Assembly (NCBI RefSeq): GCF_039654945.1
Contig: NW_027361766.1
Span: 11,284,001 to 11,348,000 of the forward strand
DNA: 64,000 nucleotides
Direction: 5' to 3'
Source: Dendrobates tinctorius
Lineage: Eukaryota
This document shows positions 1 to 10,844 of the stretch, one piece after another; positions within the stretch are counted from its first letter, which is position 1; each line of letters starts with the position of its first letter. Made by a program: the position numbers and the translations under genes. The notes under the pieces were generated by a model. The model did no database searches. It was given only the letters and a program-made list of their open reading frames with translations, and was not told where the DNA came from.

Positions 1-1029
1 ATAGGGTACTTCAAAGGCACTCACCATACTAATAATAGATATGACAAATACACAATAATGAAAATGTCATATGTAAAAAAATGACACTAATAATGCTATA
101 TTCCAACTGTGAACAAGACCATAATAATGAGGATTATAACACGAGGAAAAAACATAAGAAATGGAGGCATCTTCAAATCTTGAGTCTTCAATAAATGCCC
201 ATAAATCTTCTTTTCCATTTAAACACTGGAGGAATCAAACACGAAAACCAATGTTCTGTAACTAAAAAAACAAAATGTTAATGTCACTCTATAAAAACTT
301 ACCCACCCTAAAAAGTCCACAACCCATGGAAAAAGACAGGAATATGATAATGAATAATAAAGCTACAAAAAAGCACCGAAACCGAAGTTTTCATTGAGTC
401 CTTGAGGAGTTAAGGTGCCCAATCGAAATATCCACTGGCACTCTTTTTTGGCTAATCTTTTACCAACATCTCCTCCTCTAAGACCCAAATTAATATGATC
501 AATACCCTTGACTTGGAGTAACCTAGAATTGCTATGATGGAAATTTTTAAAATGCCTAGGTAATGTTTTCAACAAAGCAGCATCTTCAATCTTTTTGGCT
601 TTGTCAATGTCGAGGCAGTGTTCCCGAACTCGAATCTTGAGCTCCCTACTAGTCATCCCAATATAGATTTTCTGGCATGGACAAGTGGCATAGTAGATCA
701 CTCCCTTCGTAGAGCATGTAATGTAAGTTCTAATATCAAAGCATCTGGATTGGTCAAAATTCTGGAACTTACTACTTTTTTTCATGTTGGCACATGCCTT
801 GCACATACCACAGGGAAAAAATCCCATACGCTCCATATTCCTCTCCCTCTCTTTCCGTTGAGGATCATATTGGCTATGTGTCAAAATGTCTCGCAAATTT
901 GGAGCCCTTTTTGCCACAAATGAGGGACCTGATGGTAAAATTTCCCTCAACACAGGATCGGTCAAGAGGATTTGCCAATGTCTCTGTACTATATTTTTAA
1001 CCTCAAACCATTTATTATTGAAGTTTGAA
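1..1029 (-). repeat. Inverted copy of the PLE 3' ORF end and 3' UTR (matches 3051-4079)
   Basis: Paired coordinates sum to 4080 at both ends. ORF 363..965(-) is identical to the last 200 aa of the main ORF. Confidence 0.97.
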
Positions 1030-3717
1030 GTTGAGGATCTTCAAAAAATCTTATTACATGATATGAGAAAAGAGGAATTTCAGGAATTTGTTACGAAACT
1101 TGATAAAGACATTGAAAAATGGGAGAATCACATTAGTTTAAATAAACAGAAGAAGTATGAAAGGGATTGGGCTGACTTTGAGTCTAAGAGAATTTTCAAA
1201 TGGCAAATGCCGAAGAAAAAAGATCCTATCCCTAGGAATTTGCTTAGGGATTTATCCACATCCAATTCCTCTATTAGTGATGTGGGAAGTAGTACTTTTG
1301 AAGCCAATTATAAACCGAGGACTCGACAGCATCATAAAAAAAGTGCTACCCCTAAAAATCAAGTGAGTGATACTGTTGAGGTTATTAATTTGTCTAGTCA
1401 TATGTTAACAGATGCACAAATTAGGGTGCTACAGAGAGGGCTAACGTTTTCCCCTTCATCTGATTTAGACACGTTCACGGCAATAAAGGACTTGCATCTC
1501 TTCTCCAGAAAACTGGTTTTGAAGAGGTTACATCATAAAAAAGAAAGTGGTGGTGACTTCTCTAGTAGGGAGGAAAATGAAGCTCTTGAGATTCTTGAGT
1601 CTCTGATTGATGAGAATACATCAAATGTAAGTAATTTCCCCGTGAAATTAATTAATAAATCTACAAAATTTCCCTCTTTAACATTAGTACCGGCAGTTGA
1701 TACGTTCACAAAGATTGTGTCATCTGAAATCGATAAATTAAAGAAAACTAGTAAGTTTGGCCATAACAATTTGTCCATGCAGGAGAGGAATGCTTATAGA
1801 GAACTTAAGGAATGGGACGATGTGGTTTTCAAGGTGGCCGACAAGGGAGGTAACATAGTAATATGGCCGAACTCCATGTATGAGGCTCAAGCCAATAAAT
1901 TGTTAAACAATACTCAGGAGTATAGGCTACTTACTTATAATCCTATGGGACAATTTAAACTGGAACTGATTGATATTTTGGAGGCCGCAGTTGAAAACCA
2001 CATTGTCCCTAAGAAATTATTAGAAATCCATCAAAAACTCAGTCCTAGGTTAGCAACGTTCTATCTGATACCAAAGGTCCATAAAAATTCCCAGGATCCA
2101 CCGGGAAGACCTATAGTGGCAGCCAATGAGGGTCTCTGTGAGATCATATGTAATGTGATAGATCATTTTTTGAAACCTTTAGTGACTCAGCTACCCTCAT
2201 ATATTAAGGATACCACAGCTGCACTTGGACATTTAGAAAATATTCAATTAACTGACAACATGATCCTTGTTACAGCAGACGTTGAGGCTTTATATACATC
2301 GATTCGCCATCAAGATGGACTTAATGCTGTTGGTAAATTCCTCTTAAACAGTAACGTAGATCATGATATGGCCAACTTTGTTCTTGCTTTATTGAAATAT
2401 GTATTAACTCATAACGCATTTTCCTTTAATGGAAAAATTTTTCTTCAAAAGCAAGGTACAGCTATGGGGGCGGCTTGCGCCCCCTCATATGCGAACCTGT
2501 TTATGGGAGCTTGGGAAAGACATATTTTTCAAGATAGCGAAGTAGTGGGTATGGAACGGATCCATAATTGGATCCGTTACATAGATGATATCCTGTTTAT
2601 TTATGAGGGATCAGGTGAGGAATTGAGGTGTTTAATGAATACACTTAACAACAATAACCAAAATATCAGGTTGACGTATCATTATGGACGGAAAATTGAA
2701 TTTTTGGATCTGTCCATTACAGTTCTATCTGATGGTCGGCTATCAACCACAGTATATCGTAAACCCACGGCAACAAATTCCTTGCTCCATGCTTCATCGG
2801 CACATCTAAAATCCACTATAGATGGGATACCCATTGGACAATTTTTGCGTATTAAGAGAATTTGTTCTGATGAAGGTCTTTTTGAAGAACAGTCCTCTAT
2901 CCTCAGGAAACGATTTCAAAATAGAGGATACAATCGGAAGTCTATTCAGAGAGGATATATGAGGGCAAAAAGTGTCCCCAGAGAACAACTTTTACATAAG
3001 AATGTGATTCCTCCTAGGATTGTAAACAAGGACCAGCAGGTAAGATTTATTTCAAACTTCAATAATAAATGGTTTGAGGTTAAAAATATAGTACAGAGAC
3101 ATTGGCAAATCCTCTTGACCGATCCTGTGTTGAGGGAAATTTTACCATCAGGTCCCTCATTTGTGGCAAAAAGGGCTCCAAATTTGCGAGACATTTTGAC
3201 ACATAGCCAATATGATCCTCAACGGAAAGAGAGGGAGAGGAATATGGAGCGTATGGGATTTTTTCCCTGTGGTATGTGCAAGGCATGTGCCAACATGAAA
3301 AAAAGTAGTAAGTTCCAGAATTTTGACCAATCCAGATGCTTTGATATTAGAACTTACATTACATGCTCTACGAAGGGAGTGATCTACTATGCCACTTGTC
3401 CATGCCAGAAAATCTATATTGGGATGACTAGTAGGGAGCTCAAGATTCGAGTTCGGGAACACTGCCTCGACATTGACAAAGCCAAAAAGATTGAAGATGC
3501 TGCTTTGTTGAAAACATTACCTAGGCATTTTAAAAATTTCCATCATAGCAATTCTAGGTTACTCCAAGTCAAGGGTATTGATCATATTAATTTGGGTCTT
3601 AGAGGAGGAGATGTTGGTAAAAGATTAGCCAAAAAAGAGTGCCAGTGGATATTTCGATTGGGCACCTTAACTCCTCAAGGACTCAATGAAAACTTCGGTT
3701 TCGGTGCTTTTTTGTAG
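886..3717 (+). CDS. Penelope-like reverse transcriptase / GIY-YIG endonuclease polyprotein (first ~48 codons come from the inverted copy)
   Basis: Motifs ADKGG, PKVHK, PGRPIV, DVEALYTSI, GTAMG, RYIDD, FLDL, YRKP; Cys linker CGMCKAC; GVIY..CPC..IYIGMT..R..EH; E..WIFRLGTL.PQGLN. No internal stop in 943 aa. Confidence 0.92.
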   Translation: MSRKFGALFATNEGPDGKISLNTGSVKRICQCLCTIFLTSNHLLLKFEVEDLQKILLHDMRKEEFQEFVTKLDKDIEKWENHISLNKQKKYERDWADFESKRIFKWQMPKKKDPIPRNLLRDLSTSNSSISDVGSSTFEANYKPRTRQHHKKSATPKNQVSDTVEVINLSSHMLTDAQIRVLQRGLTFSPSSDLDTFTAIKDLHLFSRKLVLKRLHHKKESGGDFSSREENEALEILESLIDENTSNVSNFPVKLINKSTKFPSLTLVPAVDTFTKIVSSEIDKLKKTSKFGHNNLSMQERNAYRELKEWDDVVFKVADKGGNIVIWPNSMYEAQANKLLNNTQEYRLLTYNPMGQFKLELIDILEAAVENHIVPKKLLEIHQKLSPRLATFYLIPKVHKNSQDPPGRPIVAANEGLCEIICNVIDHFLKPLVTQLPSYIKDTTAALGHLENIQLTDNMILVTADVEALYTSIRHQDGLNAVGKFLLNSNVDHDMANFVLALLKYVLTHNAFSFNGKIFLQKQGTAMGAACAPSYANLFMGAWERHIFQDSEVVGMERIHNWIRYIDDILFIYEGSGEELRCLMNTLNNNNQNIRLTYHYGRKIEFLDLSITVLSDGRLSTTVYRKPTATNSLLHASSAHLKSTIDGIPIGQFLRIKRICSDEGLFEEQSSILRKRFQNRGYNRKSIQRGYMRAKSVPREQLLHKNVIPPRIVNKDQQVRFISNFNNKWFEVKNIVQRHWQILLTDPVLREILPSGPSFVAKRAPNLRDILTHSQYDPQRKERERNMERMGFFPCGMCKACANMKKSSKFQNFDQSRCFDIRTYITCSTKGVIYYATCPCQKIYIGMTSRELKIRVREHCLDIDKAKKIEDAALLKTLPRHFKNFHHSNSRLLQVKGIDHINLGLRGGDVGKRLAKKECQWIFRLGTLTPQGLNENFGFGAFL

Positions 3718-4773
3718 CTTTATTATTCATTATCATATTCCTGTCTTTTTCCATGGGTTGTGGACTTTTTAGGGTGGGTAAGTTTTTATAGAGTGACATT
3801 AACATTTTGTTTTTTTAGTTACAGAACATTGGTTTTCGTGTTTGATTCCTCCAGTGTTTAAATGGAAAAGAAGATTTATGGGCATTTATTGAAGACTCAA
3901 GATTTGAAGATGCCTCCATTTCTTATGTTTTTTCCTCGTGTTATAATCCTCATTATTATGGTCTTGTTCACAGTTGGAATATAGCATTATTAGTGTCATT
4001 TTTTTACATATGACATTTTCATTATTGTGTATTTGTCATATCTATTATTAGTATGGTGAGTGCCTTTGAAGTACCCTATTTTACATACATTCTTGTGAGT
4101 GCGCATGAGTGGGTCTTGATTCACCAGAGAAGAGTGTGATGCTCACATTATGTGCGTTTCGCTGTCCAGGGTCATCTGATGATGACTGGTGGCGAACGAC
4201 ATAGGAGCACACAAACACTTCTCTTATTTGATAGTAGTGAACCAAGTTCAACTCCCTCATGCGCCGTTTTCACTTCATGGACTCAGGGTGACTTCTTTGC
4301 CATTCATTTTTTACTCTTTATTTCCTTTTTTTTTTTTTCATGCTCACCATGGTCAGTGCTCCAATTATTATCTTTATCATGAAATTTTGAATGAATATTA
4401 GTTTACATCAGTATTTTGGTCCTATATGTGTAGACATAGGGCTTTAGTAGTATATCACAGATCTTCATACTTGTATTAAAATAGCGCTTCAATATGCTGA
4501 TACACTAGTGATCTATATATTAAGATTATCTATTCTATTCTTATAAATATTATTTTTGTAGCGCTTATATTTAAGAAATTTAATATTGTTTTTTAAGATC
4601 TGGTGATCTACCTCAAGTGATATTATGATTTATTTTTCATGGTTTTGAGTACTTTTTCTGGGCATGCGCTATTGATATTCCAGTAATGGGCATGCGCCAT
4701 GGTTATTCCAGTCAGGTAATTGATTGCAGCTGGGCCGAGGATTATTTAAACGGGGATTTCCCCTCCTAAGTCA

Positions 4774-4813
4774 TGCCTCCCGTTGAAGCAAAGGCGAAAC
4801 GCGCGTCGGGGCA
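4774..4813 (+). ncRNA. Minimal type I hammerhead ribozyme-like motif with variant core
   Basis: Stem I tgcctc/ggggca; core ccgttga; short stem II region agcaaaggc; GAAAC-GCGC-GTC with palindromic loop, as is typical of PLE pLTRs. Confidence 0.6.
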
Positions 4814-5566
4814 GAGGGACGCCTGAGGAGACTCCATATCCATCATTGGTAATGGCTGCTTTGCTCTATTATATAAATTGTTTCTGTGTTATATGACCAC
4901 TGCCATTATGCCGTTGCATGGGTTTCATTGTGAGAGCGGATTTCATGCCGCCAACAAAGGGTGATACTGCCATGGGGATGGCTAGCACTTTGGCTCAGAT
5001 CTAATCCATGGGCATCGCCGTAGTTTAGACCCCTTGCGGTTTTCGGCAATTTGCAGTGGCTACATAGGTCTGAGAGCTTCCATTTTAATCAGAATCCTTA
5101 TTGCACTAATTTATAGATACATTACAAATTCCACAGCTTGCACACTTTTGTGGATGTTTACATTATTGTGTATGTTTTTATAGAATAAGGGATTTTGCAG
5201 CTATTGTTCATCCATTATTTATTACTATTTTCATAATGGTGTATTTATTCAGTGTTTGGTGTATGGAATAAAATGGGCTTATAACGTCCCTTTATTGATA
5301 TGTGCATCTCTCTATTTGTACTGTTTTAATTCTTTATGAATAAAAAAATTTTTGCTATTTATACCAATTGGTCCTTTATTCTGATTTATTTTTCAGTAGG
5401 ATATTGTGATTTATATCAATAGTTATGGTATTTATTTTTTGATTATGGAGGCAATTTTATAAGTGATTTAACATATTAGGGTATTACCAGATCTCCTCAA
5501 CACGCTGGAAAAAAAATCAAAATGGAAATTGACCTACGATGCTGACTTAAAATGAAACCTGTCCGC

Positions 5567-5812
5567 TAGTGATGAGTGCAAGTGCTCGTTATTAGAGTTT
5601 GCCGAGGGTGCTTGGGTACACAGAGGGTAGCGTGGGTGCACGAGTGAGATGATCAAAGCCTCGCGGCTGTTAGATAGCCACTAAACATGCAGGGATAGCC
5701 CAACAGCCACAAAACATGGGGACGCGAACATCTCACTCGACCACCCGCGCTATCCCGTGTATACCGGAGCATCCTCTGCAAACTTGAGTAACGCAAGTGC
5801 TTGTTCATCACT
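5567..5812. mobile_element. hAT-type MITE (TAGTGATGAG termini), degenerate
   Basis: Imperfect long TIRs; same termini as the copy at 32771-33069. Confidence 0.6.
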
Positions 5813-5904
5813 TCTATCAGCACGTTTCAACATATGGAAGTGGAGTGTGGCTGTGCAGGGACTTATCCCCCGATAAAAATGATAGAAATCCAATGTGTAA
5901 GTTA

Positions 5905-6066
5905 GGGCTTCTTCAGAGGTCCGCGAACATCATCAGTACCACCTTGGATCGCAGTGCACGGACTAACACCCCCCACCAATCATGACCATTTCCATATATC
6001 TCTATGAGGCTGTTGCGCATTGCGATCTGAGATCAGAATGATGATCATGGACATCTGAAGGAGCCC
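5905..6066. mobile_element. Harbinger-like MITE
   Basis: TIRs gggcttcttcaga...tctgaaggagccc, preceded by tta. Confidence 0.5.
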
Positions 6067-6353
6067 AAAGTGTGAGAAATCAGGCACAGAAACCATATAC
6101 AAATCAGGCTGGAAGTGCTCTGTGGGCGTGTTGAAACAAATAGGGGCGTGTTCCTAGAAACTGATAACCGCTAAGGAAAAAAATAAAATAAATATCTCCT
6201 TCAGTGCTGCATACAATTTAATTTGGTCTTCTGAAATCTTTTATCTGATGTTTTGAAGCAGTGACCAGGATAGACTGTTTTGTAGTCAGTAGATCTAGGA
6301 AATTACAAGCTAATCACAAGCTAATATATATTTTTCATTGCATGCAAATCTAG

Positions 6354-6515
<162 letters not shown>

Positions 6516-6569
6516 TGACCCACAAATCTGAGTAGAGAAGATAAATTTAAATATAATTTTTTTTTCTAG

Positions 6570-6677
<108 letters not shown>

Positions 6678-7908
6678 TAACTCACATTACACAGCTGACA
6701 TCAACCACAAAAACTATTACCCCAATTGCCACCGCACCAGTGCAATAGGGAAGAGCGGGGGCTAAGTGCCAGAATTTGCTCATCTATTTGGGGCGGCTGA
6801 AGGCTGGTCTAGTTAGACTAGAAAGGGGCCAGTATCCATGGACCTTCCCCCAGCATTTCAATATCAGCCCCTTAGCTGGTTATTAAAAATAGGGGGGCCG
6901 ACAAACCCGAACATCCAAGGGTCCGCTCATCCTTAATTGTGAGGGAATCCCCAGTGTTTAGCACCCTCTTCTGGTCAACCCGCAGATTTTAGGTTGGCTT
7001 CAGGTCTACACTACTGAACCAATATGGGTAAAAAAACGCTGAAAGAAGTGACCTGCTGCATTTTGCAAAAACGCAGCTTTTTGGCAAAACAGTCAGGAAA
7101 AAAACCAAGGTGTGTGCCTGAGATTTCTGAAGTCTATTAGACTTTGCTGGTACTGTGAAACGCAGCTGAAAATTCGCATAAAAAACGCACTGCGTGAACT
7201 TAGACTCCTCTTATCTTGACACTCTCAGCATGTGGATATGACCTAGTGGAAAGGGGCATTTGCAGAAGTGCACAAGTAAATTGTTCCACAATGGGGAAAT
7301 TATTGATGCAAAATAAACCAATTGAATCACTACAATATATTGTCCAGCATGAGCCACTGTGATAAATGGAACTCCTTTTATGACTATGTAGCATAAATTA
7401 AAGAGATCTTTATCAAGCAAGAGGTCTCTAAAGATCTTTTGATCGAAATGTCGCAACTGGAGGCAGAATAAATGTGAAGCAAATTCACCAACTTGTGAGG
7501 TGCTTTGGTATTTGGACGTGTTCCTAGTAGGACTCCTTGGATATGACGTGCACTTCACCTTTGGGTAATGTTGACCCTATTGCTCCGTAATGTGCTGTGA
7601 GTCTAAGTTGTATATTTAATCTTAACCATCTTGAAGTTAGATGGTTCTAGTAAATCTGCCCCTTTTTATGATTTATTGAAAAAGGTAAAGGATTCAGTTT
7701 GTAGGACTGATTGTGACGTCCAACATTCTATAATAGTTTATTTGCTGTTCGGTTGCAGTAATAGTTTGTCATCCATGTTCCTGGCACTTTACTATCCGCT
7801 TAATTATTCCATACTGAAAATCCAGGTAATGTTCACAGTTCTGTATTTCCATAGGCTGTAATCCATTATGGTGAGTACTGCAGCAAACACTAATTGTTTT
7901 CTCTGTTA

Positions 7909-8240
7909 AGCTGTGTTCACACACACCGTTTTTTTGGTGGATTTGCCAAAAAATCCACTTAAACGCTTAAAAGAAGCTTCCCATTCATTTTAATGCATTT
8001 TGCACTTTTTGTGCATATTGATGCGTTTTTTTCTGCCAAAAAAAAGCTTTGCGGTAAAAAACGCAGCATGCTCAATAATTTCGCGGATTTTTCCGCATTT
8101 CTGGCTATTTCTATGTGTCTGGGGCTGCGCTAAAAAAAAAAAGAAGGAAAAGAAAAAAACGCGCAGAAAAAAAACTCGCCGTTTCTGGGAAGGAGTTCGG
8201 TTTTTATGCAGAAATTTTCTGCATACATGTGCACATAGCC
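7909..8240. mobile_element. Harbinger-like MITE
   Basis: Termini agctgtgttcacac...gtgcacatagcc flanked by tta. Confidence 0.6.
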
Positions 8241-10128
8241 TTAGTCCTTACACAACAGATCTGGATTACTGGACTAGAGAGGTATACCCATCTTGAGCAA
8301 TGGATTATGCCATAAATGTCTGGTACATGCTGGGCTCACTCTGGCACCCACACTTCTTTCCAGGATGTCACTTTATTGCACCAAAGTGGTGGAGAGGTGA
8401 CCATACATGCATTGTTTTCTTCATTTACTTCTATGGGAGTTCTGAAAATTGCTTAGGATGCCTAGTTTGACATTATTGGAACTCCCATCAAAGTGATTGG
8501 AGAGAATCTCGCATTCACTGCCTGCACTCCTTTCCACCTTACAAAGCCTATCCCACCATATAAATGTATGTCTAATACTGCAATATCTATATTCCAACTT
8601 ATATTGGAATAATAAAGCAGTGAATGGACAAAATAACTATTTACCAACAACAAACTCAACCAAATGCAACATAACATTCATATTTCTGGGGCAATAGTCT
8701 AGTATCTGAAATGACATTCTGAATAACTTTGGTGTGACCTGTTTTCTGAAGAGCGACGTCCGTAAATGTTCCTACTCCCACACCCCACTTCATAAAAAAG
8801 AATAGTCGTAGTTATCACCCCATTGCAAATTATGGGGACTTACAGGACACTTGCCCAAAGAAAATCTTTAGATGTTTTATACAATTTTGGAACGTGGCTT
8901 TCTATATTGTTTAGGATCGCCAGCAGTCACTGTACCGATATCTTACCTGGAGTTTTAAAAGGGTTGTCTACCTAACTGCTAGTAGTCTTCTAAGTGATGG
9001 AGCTAATGACTAATGTTGAGCCCATTTATTCGAATGGAATTGAATTCTACTCAAATTTTACAGAAACCCTTATTCTCCAGAATTCTTTTTGCCCAAAATC
9101 GGCACGAACTGATGAAAGGTTATCTGTCACTTTGCTGACAAGTACAGGGACCTCAAAATTTTGTTCTTTTTTTTTTTTTTTTTTTTGTTTTGTTTTTCTT
9201 TAAATTCACCTTTCCGGCCACCTCTGCAGCTTGCTGTCCCCCTGTACGGTTCTTCGATGCATCTTCTTACCGCTGCTACACTTTGCATATGCACACTGTG
9301 CCGTGACTAGACTCAGGGCGACCATACAATACGCATGTACAGAAACTGCCTGGGCCATCTGCGCTGGCTCGTTGTAACTGTGACGCCATGAAGTGTGCTG
9401 TGAACTTGCGACATGCACTCTTGGATGAGACGTCCGTCCAGGCCTAGTGTGAAGATGCAGTGGCAGTAATAAGAACCATATGGGGGTGTACGGTATAAGT
9501 TGCTTTCTACAGTTTACATTTCTGTCCAAACCCCAAATCATAATTATAGACATTCAATTAAACAGAGAATAAATTTGTTGGAAATTGAATGTCCCTGTAA
9601 GAGCTGCGCGATTTGTTGACTTCAACTCCCGTCAGATCCGCTCATCTCCACTAATGAATGCCCATTTGACTGCTAAACCCATAGCTGTTATAATAGGGGG
9701 TCCTTCGGGCCACAGCACCATTTACAGTACTTATTAGCAAATGCAGCATTGATTTTCAGATGTGACCCAGTGGACGACCTCACCACGGACCTCTTCTATA
9801 ATGTTTACAGGCATTATTCTTTTTAAAGGGGTTGTCCACAACATGGTAAACCCCTTTCATAAAGATGCCTGAGTCCCCCAAGTAAAAGACGACATTCTTG
9901 TCCTCACTGAAAGTGACAGATGTGCTGGAAGCTAAGAGGAAGTGGTAAAAAGGGCGTAGCAGTGTAACGTACGATGACTTAACCGTCTGTTCCACAATAC
10001 ACTGCCGTTTATTATGTAAAATGCACTCTAGCTTAGGGAGTAACCTGGGTCACAGCACTTAGATTTAGGGCGCCTTCTCTTCTGCCCTATGCATTGCAGT
10101 ACTGCATCTTATATTTAAATAAATATTT

Positions 10129-10556
10129 TTAAAGGCAATTTATCACCAGATTTTTGCTTCCCTACCTGAGATCAGCATAATGTAGAAACAGACCATGATC
10201 CCAGCAATATTTTCACTTACTGGGCATCTTGCTGCTGTTTTGATGAAATTCCTGCTTCACCTGCTGCATATCTACCAGTTCTTCGCTCTGTATAACCCCG
10301 CCCACACTACTGATTGGCAGATTTCTGTCTACGCTGTGCATAGCCAGAAAGCTGCCAATCATTAGTGGTGGTGTGGTTATACAGAGCTCATGACTATGGA
10401 GGACTATATGGCAGCAAGTTCACTAGTCCTCTAATGATTTCCTGCTGATAAAATAGCAAGCAGCCCAGTATGTGACACATTGCTGGAATCAGGATCGTCT
10501 CTATGTTATGCTGCTCTTAGATTAGGTGGCAAAAACCTGGGGACAGAGGCCCTTCA
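10129..10556. mobile_element. Kolobok/T2-like MITE, degenerate
   Basis: ttaaaggcaatttatcaccagattttt ... aaaaacctggggacagaggcccttcaa imperfect inverted ends. Confidence 0.5.
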
Positions 10557-10844
10557 ACCTCTTACCATCATATGACAATGGCATATACAGCACGCAGGCA
10601 GGGGGTCGCATCATTCTATGTTTGTGATGTGATCGCAGGGCACTGATGGGTTGTCATGATGACCAGGGGTCTGCTGAAGACCTCTGTGTCTGTCATGGCA
10701 GCACCCCTGGGAAAGTCAAGTCCATGGCTGGTGTTCTTGGGAGATCATGTTTGTTTTGCTATATACAGCAATACTGTGGCATTATTGTATATAGCACAAG
10801 CGTTCTGATGCTTACGAGTTCAAATCCCCTTAAGAGTCTTACAG

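Larger units (their letters stand above)
1..5400 (+). mobile_element. Penelope-like retroelement (Neptune-type) with inverted 3' duplication and pLTR-like tail
   Basis: Single long RT+GIY-YIG ORF. 1-1029 is the reverse complement of 3051-4079. The AT-rich tail holds a hammerhead-like motif. The right boundary is approximate and the left part runs off the window. Confidence 0.9.

Noticed and set aside
363-965. Stand-alone 200-aa GIY-YIG gene on the minus strand
   Set aside because: It is the inverted duplicate of the PLE C-terminus, not an independent gene.
3718-4500. SECIS element / selenoprotein-type (Naiad) PLE
   Set aside because: The ORF has no in-frame TGA and I found no convincing SECIS geometry.
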